From assembly GCF_045037415.1 (NCBI RefSeq), contig NZ_CP173438.1: DNA of 64,000 bases. One strand, 5' to 3'. The position numbers and the translations under genes were made by a program. Of this stretch, positions 26,337-36,295 are shown one piece after another (the first letter of the stretch is position 1; the number at the start of each line of letters is the position of its first letter). Under the pieces are notes generated by a model. The model had not been told where the DNA came from and did no database searches. It saw only the letters and a program-made list of their open reading frames with translations. The DNA comes from Escherichia coli. Lineage in GTDB: Bacteria; Pseudomonadota; Gammaproteobacteria; Enterobacterales; Enterobacteriaceae.

Positions 26337-26349
26337 TGTTAAAGAGCAG
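26337..26349 (-). promoter_or_regulatory. rrn leader boxA antitermination element
   Basis: Minus strand reads TGCTCTTTAACAA, the conserved rrn boxA. Confidence 0.6.
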
Positions 26350-26388
26350 TTGCGACGCGGCTTTCAGCTCACTGTCGCGAGGTGGCGT

Positions 26389-26416
26389 ATATTACGCTTT
26401 CCTCTTTCAGAGTCAA
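26389..26416 (-). promoter_or_regulatory. rrn P2 promoter (-35 TTGACT, 16-bp spacer, -10 TAATAT)
   Basis: Minus strand TTGACTCTGAAAGAGGAAAGCGTAATAT read directly; position consistent with rrn P2. Confidence 0.6.
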
Positions 26417-26498
26417 CCCTGAATTTCAGGATTTTTCTCTTCAACCGAACCGGCTGTTTGTGTGAAGTGATTCACATCCGCCGTGTCGATGGAGGCGC

Positions 26499-26550
26499 AT
26501 TATAGGGAGTCGTCTCAGGAAGACAAGCGGAAAAATGCATTTTTATTTCA
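26499..26550 (-). promoter_or_regulatory. rrn P1 promoter (-35 TTGTCT, -10 TATAAT) with A/T-rich UP element
   Basis: Minus strand ...AAAAATGCATTTTTCCGCTTGTCTTCCTGAGACGACTCCCTATAATGCGCC; matches the rrn P1 core ACTCCCTATAATGCGCC. Confidence 0.65.
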
Positions 26551-26569
26551 ACCGCTCATCTTTTAATCA

Positions 26570-27142
26570 TTACGCCGGTTTTTGCTGCTTTTTTATCGCT
26601 TGCGGCAGGTCTGCCAGGCTATTTAACACCCAATCCGCCGCGTTTTCTGCTTCAGGCGTAATAGGTTTACCCGTACGCACCAGCACTTTTGTTCCCACGC
26701 TCGCCGCAGCCGCTGCCTGCATATCTTCTAATTTATCGCCCACCATATAAGAAGCGGCCATATCAATATGCAAATAATCGCGTGCTGACAAAAACATCCC
26801 CGGATGTGGTTTGCGGCAGTCGCAGACCTGGCGAAACTCTTCAACACTACCCTGCGGATGATGCGGGCAATAATAGATACCATCCAGATCGACATCGCGG
26901 TCCGCCAGCGACCAGTCCATCCACTCGGTCAGCGTTTCAAACTGTGCTTCAGTAAATTTACCGCGAGCAATGCCAGACTGGTTGGTTACTACCACCAGCG
27001 CAAAGCCCATTTTTTTTAGCTCGCGCATGGCGTCAATAACACCGTCGATAAATTCAAAGTTGTCGATCTCATGGACATAACCGTGATCGACATTAATGGT
27101 GCCATCACGGTCAAGAAAAATTGCGGGTACGCTCTTCGCCAC
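26570..27142 (-). CDS. gmhB: D-glycero-D-manno-heptose 1,7-bisphosphate phosphatase
   Basis: 190 aa; HAD-like DxDGT motif (FLDRDGTIN); immediately upstream of rrn P1. Confidence 0.9.
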   Translation of the reverse strand: MAKSVPAIFLDRDGTINVDHGYVHEIDNFEFIDGVIDAMRELKKMGFALVVVTNQSGIARGKFTEAQFETLTEWMDWSLADRDVDLDGIYYCPHHPQGSVEEFRQVCDCRKPHPGMFLSARDYLHIDMAASYMVGDKLEDMQAAAAASVGTKVLVRTGKPITPEAENAADWVLNSLADLPQAIKKQQKPA

Positions 27143-27231
27143 CTTTTATAGCTCCTTAATAAGGCATGTGACGCTAGTATCGCATGTTTCGACCTGCAAG
27201 AAAGTGCTCTTCGCATAAACCTGATTGATTT

Positions 27232-27255
27232 AGACGTCTGGATGCCTTAACATCC
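27232..27255 (+). promoter_or_regulatory. Putative MetJ operator (tandem met boxes) upstream of metN
   Basis: Perfect AGACGTCT box at 27232-27239 followed by degenerate 8-bp repeats (GGATGCCT, TAACATCC). Confidence 0.4.
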
Positions 27256-27329
27256 ATTTCATTGACGGCGTTGCCCGTTCCAGGCATTCGAAATGCCACG
27301 ACTAACTTAATGACGATAATAAATAATCA

Positions 27330-28361
27330 ATGATAAAACTTTCGAATATCACCAAAGTGTTCCACCAGGGCACCCGCACCATCCAGGCGTTGAACAACGT
27401 CAGCCTGCATGTGCCAGCTGGACAAATTTATGGCGTTATCGGTGCCTCAGGCGCGGGTAAGAGTACGCTTATACGTTGTGTAAACCTGCTGGAGCGCCCA
27501 ACCGAGGGTAGCGTGCTGGTCGATGGCCAGGAACTGACCACGCTGTCAGAATCCGAGTTGACCAAAGCTCGTCGCCAGATTGGTATGATTTTCCAGCATT
27601 TTAACCTGCTCTCTTCGCGTACTGTTTTTGGCAACGTGGCTCTGCCGCTGGAGCTGGACAACACACCGAAAGACGAGATCAAACGTCGCGTGACGGAATT
27701 GCTGTCATTGGTTGGTCTTGGCGATAAGCATGATAGCTACCCGTCGAATCTTTCCGGTGGGCAGAAACAACGTGTGGCGATTGCCCGTGCATTAGCCAGC
27801 AATCCCAAAGTATTGCTGTGTGATGAAGCCACCAGCGCGCTGGACCCGGCAACGACACGTTCTATTCTCGAACTGCTGAAAGACATCAACCGCCGTCTGG
27901 GTTTGACGATTCTGTTGATCACTCACGAAATGGACGTTGTGAAGCGCATTTGTGATTGCGTGGCGGTCATCAGCAATGGCGAACTGATCGAGCAGGACAC
28001 GGTAAGTGAAGTGTTCTCGCATCCGAAAACGCCGCTGGCGCAGAAGTTTATTCAGTCGACCCTGCATCTGGATATCCCGGAAGATTACCAGGAACGTCTG
28101 CAAGCGGAGCCATTTACTGACTGCGTGCCGATGCTGCGTCTGGAGTTTACCGGTCAATCGGTCGATGCCCCACTGCTTTCTGAAACCGCGCGTCGTTTCA
28201 ACGTCAACAACAACATTATTAGCGCGCAGATGGATTACGCCGGTGGCGTTAAGTTCGGCATTATGCTGACTGAAATGCACGGCACACAACAAGATACGCA
28301 AGCCGCCATTGCCTGGCTGCAGGAACACCATGTAAAAGTAGAGGTACTGGGTTATGTCTGA
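27330..28361 (+). CDS. metN: D-methionine ABC transporter ATP-binding protein
   Basis: 343 aa; Walker [13 protein letters not shown] signature LSGGQKQR, C-terminal NIL domain. Confidence 0.92.
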
Positions 28362-29007
28362 GCCGATGATGTGGCTGCTGGTTCGTGGCGTATGGGAAAC
28401 GCTGGCAATGACCTTCGTATCCGGTTTTTTTGGCTTTGTGATTGGTCTGCCGGTTGGCGTTCTGCTTTATGTCACGCGTCCGGGGCAAATTATTGCTAAC
28501 GCGAAGTTGTATCGTACCATTTCTGCGATTGTGAACATTTTCCGTTCCATCCCGTTCATTATCTTGCTGGTATGGATGATTCCGTTTACCCGCGTTATTG
28601 TCGGTACATCGATTGGATTGCAGGCAGCGATTGTTCCGTTAACCGTTGGTGCAGCACCGTTTATTGCCCGTATGGTCGAGAACGCTCTTCTGGAGATCCC
28701 AACCGGGTTAATTGAAGCCTCCCGCGCAATGGGTGCCACGCCAATGCAGATCGTCCGTAAAGTGCTGTTACCGGAAGCGTTGCCGGGTCTGGTGAATGCG
28801 GCAACTATTACCCTGATTACCCTGGTCGGTTATTCCGCGATGGGTGGTGCAGTCGGTGCCGGTGGTTTAGGTCAGATTGGCTATCAGTATGGCTACATCG
28901 GCTACAACGCGACGGTGATGAATACGGTACTGGTATTGCTGGTCATTCTGGTTTATTTAATTCAGTTCGCAGGCGACCGCATCGTCCGGGCTGTCACTCG
29001 CAAGTAA
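28354..29007 (+). CDS. metI: D-methionine ABC transporter permease
   Basis: 217-aa polytopic membrane protein overlapping the metN stop by 8 nt. Confidence 0.92.
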
Positions 29008-29046
29008 CGTTCAACACAACATAAATAATTGAAGAAGGAATAAGGT

Positions 29047-29862
29047 ATGGCGTTCAAATTCAAAACCTTTGCGGCAGTGGGAGCCCTGATTGGATCACTG
29101 GCACTGGTAGGCTGCGGTCAGGATGAAAAAGATCCAAACCACATTAAAGTCGGCGTGATTGTTGGTGCCGAACAGCAGGTTGCAGAAGTCGCGCAGAAAG
29201 TTGCGAAAGACAAATATGGCCTGGACGTTGAGCTGGTAACCTTCAACGACTATGTTCTGCCAAACGAAGCATTGAGCAAAGGCGATATCGACGCCAACGC
29301 CTTCCAGCATAAACCGTACCTTGATCAGCAACTGAAAGATCGTGGCTACAAACTGGTCGCAGTAGGCAACACATTTGTTTATCCGATTGCTGGTTACTCC
29401 AAGAAAATCAAATCACTGGATGAACTGCAGGATGGTTCGCAGGTTGCCGTGCCAAACGACCCAACTAACCTTGGTCGTTCACTGCTGCTGCTGCAAAAAG
29501 TGGGCTTGATCAAACTGAAAGATGGCGTTGGCCTGCTGCCGACCGTTCTTGATGTTGTTGAGAACCCAAAAAATCTGAAAATTGTTGAACTGGAAGCACC
29601 GCAGCTGCCGCGCTCTCTGGACGACGCGCAAATCGCTCTGGCAGTTATCAATACCACCTATGCCAGCCAGATTGGCCTGACTCCAGCGAAAGACGGTATC
29701 TTTGTCGAAGATAAAGAGTCCCCGTACGTAAACCTGATCGTAACGCGTGAAGACAACAAAGACGCCGAAAACGTGAAGAAATTCGTTCAGGCTTATCAGT
29801 CTGACGAAGTTTACGAAGCAGCAAACAAAGTGTTTAACGGCGGCGCTGTTAAAGGCTGGTAA
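29047..29862 (+). CDS. metQ: D-methionine ABC transporter substrate-binding lipoprotein
   Basis: 271 aa with lipobox (LALVGC) and NlpA-family binding-protein sequence. Confidence 0.92.
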   Translation: MAFKFKTFAAVGALIGSLALVGCGQDEKDPNHIKVGVIVGAEQQVAEVAQKVAKDKYGLDVELVTFNDYVLPNEALSKGDIDANAFQHKPYLDQQLKDRGYKLVAVGNTFVYPIAGYSKKIKSLDELQDGSQVAVPNDPTNLGRSLLLLQKVGLIKLKDGVGLLPTVLDVVENPKNLKIVELEAPQLPRSLDDAQIALAVINTTYASQIGLTPAKDGIFVEDKESPYVNLIVTREDNKDAENVKKFVQAYQSDEVYEAANKVFNGGAVKGW

Positions 29863-29899
29863 TATTTAGGCTGTTTCCACAATTTGTAATATCATTCAG

Positions 29900-29928
29900 G
29901 ACGGGCGCTTGCCCGTCTTGTCATTTTT
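29900..29928 (+). terminator. Probable rho-independent terminator after metQ
   Basis: GACGGGC-GCTT-GCCCGTC hairpin followed by a T-rich tail (TTGTCATTTTT). Confidence 0.5.
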
Positions 29929-29979
29929 ACAAGCGCCTGATTCAATATTGACGTTTTGATCATACATTGAGGAAATACT

Positions 29980-30384
29980 ATGCGTGCTTTACCGATCTGT
30001 TTAGTAGCACTCATGCTAAGCGGCTGTTCCATGTTAAGCAGATCCCCTGTCGAACCCGTTCAAAGCACTGCACCCCAGCCGAAAGCGGAGCCTGCAAAAC
30101 CGAAAGCGCCGCGCGCCACGCCGGTCCGAATTTATACCAATGCAGAAGAATTAGTCGGCAAACCGTTCCGCGATCTCGGTGAAGTCAGTGGCGACTCTTG
30201 CCAGGCCTCTAATCAGGACTCTCCGCCGAGCATTCCAACCGCACGTAAGCGGATGCAAATCAACGCCTCGAAAATGAAAGCCAATGCGGTATTACTGCAT
30301 AGCTGCGAAGTCACCAGCGGTACGCCAGGTTGCTATCGTCAGGCTGTATGTATCGGTTCTGCGCTTAACATCACGGCGAAATGA
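29980..30384 (+). CDS. rcsF: Outer-membrane lipoprotein RcsF (Rcs envelope stress sensor)
   Basis: 134 aa; lipobox LSGCS, Pro/Ala-rich linker, four conserved Cys in the C-terminal domain. Confidence 0.9.
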   Translation: MRALPICLVALMLSGCSMLSRSPVEPVQSTAPQPKAEPAKPKAPRATPVRIYTNAEELVGKPFRDLGEVSGDSCQASNQDSPPSIPTARKRMQINASKMKANAVLLHSCEVTSGTPGCYRQAVCIGSALNITAK

Positions 30385-31088
30385 GCAGTTTCCAGTTCGA
30401 GCAAATAGGCGTTATTCGCTCGCCCTATAAAGAAAAATTCGCCGTTCCGCGCCAGCCAGGTCTGGTAAAAAGCGCCAACGGCGAACTACATCTCATTGCT
30501 CCCTACAACCAGGCCGACGCCGTTCGCGGCCTGGAAGCATTCAGCCATTTATGGATCCTTTTCGTCTTTCATCAAACGATGGAAGGCGGCTGGCGTCCGA
30601 CTGTGCGTCCGCCTCGTCTCGGCGGTAATGCCAGAATGGGTGTTTTCGCTACGCGCTCCACTTTTCGCCCCAACCCGATTGGTATGTCGCTGGTAGAGCT
30701 GAAAGAGGTTGTTTGCCATAAAGACAGCGTGATTCTGAAGCTCGGCAGTCTGGATCTGGTCGATGGTACGCCGGTAGTGGATATCAAACCGTATCTCCCC
30801 TTTGCTGAATCGCTTCCCGATGCCAGTGCCAGCTATGCGCAAAGTGCGCCAGCGGCAGAAATGGCGGTTTGTTTTACCGCAGAGGTCGAAAAGCAGCTTT
30901 TGACGCTGGAGAAGCGTTATCCGCAGTTAACGCTGTTTATCCGCGAAGTACTGGCGCAGGACCCGCGCCCGGCCTATCGTAAAGGTGAGGAAACGGGCAA
31001 AACCTATGCCGTCTGGTTGCATGATTTTAACGTTCGCTGGCGCGTCACCGACGCAGGTTTTGAAGTCTTTGCGCTGGAACCGCGTTAA
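30381..31088 (+). CDS. tsaA: tRNA (Thr-GGU) A37 N-methylase TsaA (YaeB)
   Basis: 235 aa; TsaA/YaeB family; 4-nt overlap with rcsF. Confidence 0.9.
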   Translation: MSSFQFEQIGVIRSPYKEKFAVPRQPGLVKSANGELHLIAPYNQADAVRGLEAFSHLWILFVFHQTMEGGWRPTVRPPRLGGNARMGVFATRSTFRPNPIGMSLVELKEVVCHKDSVILKLGSLDLVDGTPVVDIKPYLPFAESLPDASASYAQSAPAAEMAVCFTAEVEKQLLTLEKRYPQLTLFIREVLAQDPRPAYRKGEETGKTYAVWLHDFNVRWRVTDAGFEVFALEPR

Positions 31089-31198
31089 ATTCACGCCCTT
31101 CTCTTTTGACATTTCTTTTGCACTGGTAAACTAAATCACTTTTTTTGTCCCAGGCTCGCCTTGAGCCTGTTCTACCTTCCAACTGGAACCGTAACAAC

Positions 31199-32917
31199 AT
31201 GCGTACTAGCCAATACCTGCTCTCCACTCTCAAGGAGACACCTGCCGACGCCGAGGTGATCAGCCATCAGCTGATGCTGCGCGCCGGGATGATCCGCAAG
31301 CTGGCCTCCGGGTTATATACCTGGCTGCCGACCGGCGTGCGCGTTCTGAAAAAAGTCGAAAACATCGTGCGTGAAGAGATGAACAACGCCGGTGCGATCG
31401 AGGTGTTAATGCCGGTGGTTCAGCCAGCCGATTTGTGGCAAGAGAGTGGTCGTTGGGAACAGTACGGTCCGGAACTGCTGCGTTTTGTTGACCGTGGCGA
31501 GCGTCCGTTCGTACTCGGCCCAACTCATGAAGAAGTTATCACTGACCTGATTCGTAACGAGCTGAGCTCTTACAAACAACTGCCGCTGAACTTCTATCAG
31601 ATCCAGACCAAGTTCCGCGACGAAGTGCGTCCGCGTTTTGGCGTCATGCGTTCCCGCGAATTCCTGATGAAAGATGCTTACTCTTTCCATACTTCTCAGG
31701 AATCCCTGCAGGAAACCTACGATGCAATGTATGCGGCCTACAGCAAAATCTTCAGCCGCATGGGGCTGGATTTCCGCGCCGTACAGGCCGATACCGGTTC
31801 TATCGGCGGTAGCGCCTCTCACGAATTTCAGGTGCTGGCGCAGAGCGGTGAAGACGATGTGGTCTTCTCCGATACTTCTGACTACGCAGCGAACATTGAA
31901 CTGGCAGAAGCTATCGCGCCGAAAGAACCGCGCGCTGCTGCTACCCAGGAAATGACGCTGGTTGATACGCCGAACGCGAAAACCATCGCGGAACTGGTTG
32001 AACAGTTCAATCTGCCGATTGAGAAAACGGTTAAGACTCTGCTGGTTAAAGCCGTTGAAGGCAGTAGCTTCCCGCTGGTTGCGCTGCTGGTGCGCGGTGA
32101 CCACGAGCTGAACGAAGTTAAAGCAGAAAAACTGCCGCAGGTTGCCAGCCCGCTGACTTTTGCGACCGAAGAAGAAATTCGTGCCGTGGTTAAAGCCGGT
32201 CCGGGTTCACTGGGTCCGGTAAACATGCCGATTCCGGTGGTGATTGACCGTACCGTTGCGGCGATGAGTGATTTCGCTGCTGGTGCTAACATCGATGGTA
32301 AACACTACTTCGGTATCAACTGGGATCGCGATGTCGCTACCCCGGAAATTGCTGATATCCGCAACGTGGTGGCTGGCGATCCAAGCCCGGATGGTCAGGG
32401 TACGCTGCTGATCAAACGTGGTATCGAAGTCGGTCACATCTTCCAGCTGGGTACCAAGTACTCCGAAGCACTGAAAGCCTCCGTACAGGGTGAAGATGGC
32501 CGTAACCAAATCCTGACGATGGGTTGCTACGGTATCGGCGTAACGCGTGTGGTAGCAGCGGCGATTGAGCAGAACTACGACGAACGCGGCATCGTATGGC
32601 CTGACGCTATCGCGCCGTTCCAGGTGGCGATTCTGCCAATGAACATGCACAAATCCTTCCGCGTACAGGAACTTGCTGAGAAACTGTACAGCGAACTGCG
32701 CGCACAAGGTATCGAAGTGCTGCTGGATGACCGCAAAGAGCGTCCGGGCGTGATGTTTGCTGATATGGAACTGATCGGTATTCCGCACACTATTGTGCTG
32801 GGCGACCGTAACCTCGACAACGATGATATCGAATATAAATATCGTCGTAACGGCGAGAAACAGTTAATTAAGACTGGTGACATCGTCGATTATCTGGTGA
32901 AACAGATTAAAGGCTGA
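31199..32917 (+). CDS. proS: Prolyl-tRNA synthetase
   Basis: 572 aa from [20 protein letters not shown]; class II aaRS motifs; ATG at 31199. Confidence 0.95.
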   Translation: MRTSQYLLSTLKETPADAEVISHQLMLRAGMIRKLASGLYTWLPTGVRVLKKVENIVREEMNNAGAIEVLMPVVQPADLWQESGRWEQYGPELLRFVDRGERPFVLGPTHEEVITDLIRNELSSYKQLPLNFYQIQTKFRDEVRPRFGVMRSREFLMKDAYSFHTSQESLQETYDAMYAAYSKIFSRMGLDFRAVQADTGSIGGSASHEFQVLAQSGEDDVVFSDTSDYAANIELAEAIAPKEPRAAATQEMTLVDTPNAKTIAELVEQFNLPIEKTVKTLLVKAVEGSSFPLVALLVRGDHELNEVKAEKLPQVASPLTFATEEEIRAVVKAGPGSLGPVNMPIPVVIDRTVAAMSDFAAGANIDGKHYFGINWDRDVATPEIADIRNVVAGDPSPDGQGTLLIKRGIEVGHIFQLGTKYSEALKASVQGEDGRNQILTMGCYGIGVTRVVAAAIEQNYDERGIVWPDAIAPFQVAILPMNMHKSFRVQELAEKLYSELRAQGIEVLLDDRKERPGVMFADMELIGIPHTIVLGDRNLDNDDIEYKYRRNGEKQLIKTGDIVDYLVKQIKG

Positions 32918-32924
32918 TGCCAGA

Positions 32925-32955
32925 AAGGGTCCTGAATTTCGGGGCCCTTTTTTAC
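32925..32955 (+). terminator. Probable terminator after proS
   Basis: AGGGTCC...GGGGCCCT stem (one G-U pair) followed by T6. Confidence 0.45.
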
Positions 32956-32960
32956 ATGGA

Positions 32961-33794
32961 TTGTATAAAATGGATAAACCAAAGGCGTACTGCCGCCTGC
33001 TTCTCCCCTGCTTTCTTTTACTTTCGGCCTGTACCGTTGATATCAGCCAGCCAGACTCATCAGCCACAGCGGTAAATGCCGAGGCGAAAACATGGGCTGT
33101 TAAATTCCAGCATCAAAGCTCTTTCACCGAACAATCAATAAAAGAAATAACGGAACCAGATCTCAAACCCGGCGATTTGCTTTTCTCCTCAAGCCTTGGG
33201 GTAACCTCATTTGGTATCCGCGTATTCAGCACTTCCTCTGTGAGTCACGTTGCAATCTATTTGGGAAATAATAACGTTGCCGAAGCGACAGGCGCTGGCG
33301 TCCAGATTGTTTCCCTTAAAAAAGCCATGAAGCACAGTGATAAGCTTTTCGTCTTACGAGTCCCGGACCTTACCCCGCAACAAGCCACAGAAATCACCGC
33401 GTTCGCCAATAAAATTAAAGATAGCGGTTATAACTATCGCGGCATTGTCGAATTTATTCCATTTATGGTGACTCGCCAGATGTGCTCACTGAATCCGTTC
33501 TCCGAGGATTTTCGCCAACAGTGCGTCAGCGGCCTGGCGAAAGCGCAGTTAAGTAACGTTGGCGAAGGAGACAAAAAGTCGTGGTTTTGTTCGGAATTTG
33601 TCACGGATGCATTTGCCAAAGCCGGGCATCCGCTTACGCTGGCGCAATCAGGCTGGATTAGCCCTGCCGATCTGATGCATATGCGTAGTGGTGATGTCTC
33701 TGCATTTAAACCAGAAACGCAGTTACAGTATATTGGGCACCTGAAGCCAGGGATTTATATTAAAGCAAGTCGCTTTGTTGGACTGACTCAGTGA
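32961..33794 (+). CDS. yaeF: NlpC/P60-like lipoprotein YaeF
   Basis: 277-aa ORF with signal/lipobox (LLSACT) and a conserved Cys (WFCSEFV); exact start uncertain. Confidence 0.8.
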   Translation: MYKMDKPKAYCRLLLPCFLLLSACTVDISQPDSSATAVNAEAKTWAVKFQHQSSFTEQSIKEITEPDLKPGDLLFSSSLGVTSFGIRVFSTSSVSHVAIYLGNNNVAEATGAGVQIVSLKKAMKHSDKLFVLRVPDLTPQQATEITAFANKIKDSGYNYRGIVEFIPFMVTRQMCSLNPFSEDFRQQCVSGLAKAQLSNVGEGDKKSWFCSEFVTDAFAKAGHPLTLAQSGWISPADLMHMRSGDVSAFKPETQLQYIGHLKPGIYIKASRFVGLTQ

Positions 33795-33817
33795 TAAAAG
33801 CCAGCCTCGTGCGCAAA

Positions 33818-33853
33818 ATGCCGGATGCGGCGTGAACGCCTTATCCGGCCTAC
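33818..33853. repeat. REP element between yaeF and nlpE
   Basis: GCCGGATGCGGCGTGAACGCCTTATCCGGCCTAC consensus unit. Confidence 0.75.
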
Positions 33854-33949
33854 AAAATCGTGCTAATTCAAAATATTGCATTGTATGCTTTAGGCCTGAT
33901 AAGCGCAGCGCATGAGGCAATATTTCATTTGTTTCTGCCTCAAGACGGG

Positions 33950-34660
33950 TTACTGCCCCAAACTACTGCAATCCTGGTTCGGGTAAAATTTACCTGCCGT
34001 ATCGGGCGCTAATACTTTGGTCGGCGCACCGGTATCCGGATTAGCCTCAAGCGTAAAGTGACCTTCTACTGACAGTAACACCGGTTTTTCGCCGTTGCCG
34101 CGCGCAGCCAGGTAGCCACGCTCCAGCTCTGCGTTATTCGCCACCATAAAACGTTTTCCAGTCGCGCAATCAGTAAAGGTCGCCGCATCAGCCATATAGA
34201 AATACATGCCACGCAGGGTCATCGGCGTCATTGGCATGCTCGATTTTGCCGGTTCCAGCGTGTAGTTGAACTGCGATTCAATGGGATTACCTTCACGATC
34301 GAGCATCTCCAGTGCATCCCCTTTCGCTCGATAATATGACTTTTCACCTTTGCTGTCGGTTAATACCAGCTTGTCGGCAGTTCGCGCCCATGTACCGTAG
34401 GAAGCGAAAGAGGAAGGCTCTTCACGTGCCCCCAGATAACGTTCATTCATCACCCAGGTTCCATCTTTTTCGAGGAACAGAGAGGTTTCGATTCCTTCGC
34501 AATCAGCACACGGCAGCACGCCGCGCCAACTTTGCGGCATCGGTTTCAGTTCGGCAGCCTGCGCCGGGGAAAGCGTATCGACTTCGGCCCGATTATTACA
34601 TCCCATCAGAGTAAAAAGGCTGATTACAGCCATCGCTGTCACTATCGCTTTTTTCACCAT
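33950..34660 (-). CDS. nlpE: Outer-membrane lipoprotein NlpE (CutF), Cpx surface-sensing
   Basis: 236 aa; lipobox LMGCN, CXXC motif (LPCADCEG). Confidence 0.9.
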   Translation of the reverse strand: MVKKAIVTAMAVISLFTLMGCNNRAEVDTLSPAQAAELKPMPQSWRGVLPCADCEGIETSLFLEKDGTWVMNERYLGAREEPSSFASYGTWARTADKLVLTDSKGEKSYYRAKGDALEMLDREGNPIESQFNYTLEPAKSSMPMTPMTLRGMYFYMADAATFTDCATGKRFMVANNAELERGYLAARGNGEKPVLLSVEGHFTLEANPDTGAPTKVLAPDTAGKFYPNQDCSSLGQ

Positions 34661-34673
34661 CCATTCCTTCTTT

Positions 34674-35096
34674 TTACTCCCGACCGCTGCGCACTTTGCC
34701 GCGCATCGCCTTCACGCTTGATTTTTGTGCTTTCGATGCCAGCCTGCGCTCTTTCGATGCACGGGTGGGCCGCGTAGGTCTTCGGGCTTTTTGTTCTGTT
34801 GTTAAATCTTTAATCACTGCCACCAGCCGGGCCAGCGCCGCTTCGCGGTTCAGTTCCTGACTGCGGTATTCCTGTGCCTTAATGACAATCACTCCGTCAC
34901 TGCTGATCAAATGATGGCTGGCGGCGAGCAGACGCTCTTTGTAATACTCTGGCAGGCTGGACGCCCGAATGTCAAAACGCAGATGAATAGCCGTTGAGGT
35001 CTTATTAACATGCTGCCCGCCCGCGCCCTGCGCACGAATGGCGGTGATCTCAAACTCGCCATCAGGGATAGCAACATGTCGGGAAATCACAATCAT
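34674..35096 (-). CDS. arfB: Alternative ribosome-rescue factor ArfB (peptidyl-tRNA hydrolase, YaeJ)
   Basis: 140 aa with GGQ motif ([10 protein letters not shown]) and basic C-terminal tail. Confidence 0.9.
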   Translation of the reverse strand: MIVISRHVAIPDGEFEITAIRAQGAGGQHVNKTSTAIHLRFDIRASSLPEYYKERLLAASHHLISSDGVIVIKAQEYRSQELNREAALARLVAVIKDLTTEQKARRPTRPTRASKERRLASKAQKSSVKAMRGKVRSGRE

Positions 35097-35638
35097 GAAG
35101 GTTGTTGCCAGACGGTTAAGTTCACTTCCAGATTATTCTTATCATCCGATAACCAGATAACACCATCCTGAATCGTTGCCTGCAGCGTCATGGTACGATC
35201 GGCAAAGGCGCTCACTTTCGCCAGCTGCTCGTCGTCCAGATACCAGACGGAAAGATTGGCAAACTGCGCACATTTGCTCTGATTTTGCTGCCACCAGATT
35301 TGCGCCGCCCGACTATTATAGGCAAACAGCGCCACTTCTGCGGCCTGGGTGCAGGCTTTCTTAATCCGTCGCTCATCCGGCAGCCCCAGCTCAATCCACA
35401 AATCAATACCCAAATGATCGTTACGCAGCCACGCTTCCGGCTCATCATCGGCACACAAACCACGGGTAAATTGCAGACGTTCATCGGCATATTTTAGCCA
35501 CGCCAGCAGGCGCAGCATCATACGCTCCTGGGTTTCTGAAGGATGGCGCGCCAACGTCAGAGAGGCATCGAGAAACTGGTTGCGGTCGAGATCGGCCACA
35601 TTAACCGTCGCTTTATAAATTGTCGCTTTAAGCGCCAT
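35093..35638 (-). CDS. yaeQ: YaeQ-family protein
   Basis: 181 aa starting [10 protein letters not shown]; 4-nt overlap with arfB. Confidence 0.85.
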   Translation of the reverse strand: MALKATIYKATVNVADLDRNQFLDASLTLARHPSETQERMMLRLLAWLKYADERLQFTRGLCADDEPEAWLRNDHLGIDLWIELGLPDERRIKKACTQAAEVALFAYNSRAAQIWWQQNQSKCAQFANLSVWYLDDEQLAKVSAFADRTMTLQATIQDGVIWLSDDKNNLEVNLTVWQQPS

Positions 35639-35803
35639 AAGAAAACTCCTTTCGAATCAGGAGGCCATTGTAACGGAATACGTGCAGTTGCGGCGCTGAT
35701 ATTGCAGAAATGAGTGTGGTATAGTCACCTTGCGAAACAGAGTTTATCTTCGTAGGCTTAGACTTGCATCCACGGTTAAGTCAGAGTGCTGACAGGAGGG
35801 CAT

Positions 35804-36004
35804 GTGGAAAAATATTGTGAGTTAATACGCAAGCGGTACGCGGAAATCGCCAGCGGAGACTTAGGATACGTTCCGGACGCGCTGGGCTGCGTTTTGAAAG
35901 TGCTGAATGAAATGGCTGCCGACGACGCCCTTTCTGAGGCTGTCAGGGAAAAAGCAGCATACGCTGCGGCAAACTTACTGGTGAGCGATTATGTCAATGA
36001 ATGA
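35804..36004 (+). CDS. yaeP: Small UPF0253-family protein YaeP
   Basis: About 66 aa from a GTG start after AGGAGG ([18 protein letters not shown]...). Confidence 0.7.
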
Positions 36005-36251
36005 TACGTATCAACCAATCAATTGTGATGATTACGATAATCTTGAGCTCGCCTGCCAGCATCATTTAATGCTGACACTTGAGCTGAAAGATGGCGAAAA
36101 ATTGCAGGCGAAGGCCAGCGATTTAGTCTCCCGCAAAAATGTGGAGTATCTGGTCGTCGAGGCCGCTGGTGCAACCCGCGAGCTGCGTCTGGATAAAATT
36201 ACCAGCTTTAGCCACCCGGAAATCGGTACGGTGGTGGTGAGCGAGTCCTGA
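35991..36251 (+). CDS. rof: Rho-binding antiterminator Rof (YaeO)
   Basis: 84-86 aa ([24 protein letters not shown]...); start may be the second ATG at 35997. Confidence 0.85.
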
Positions 36252-36260
36252 TTGACTTTC

Positions 36261-36295
36261 GCCGGATGCGACGTTTGATGCGTCTTATCCGGCTT
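36261..36295. repeat. Degenerate REP-like palindrome between rof and tilS
   Basis: GCCGGATGCGACGTTTGATGCGTCTTATCCGGC; overlaps the tilS stop. Confidence 0.6.
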
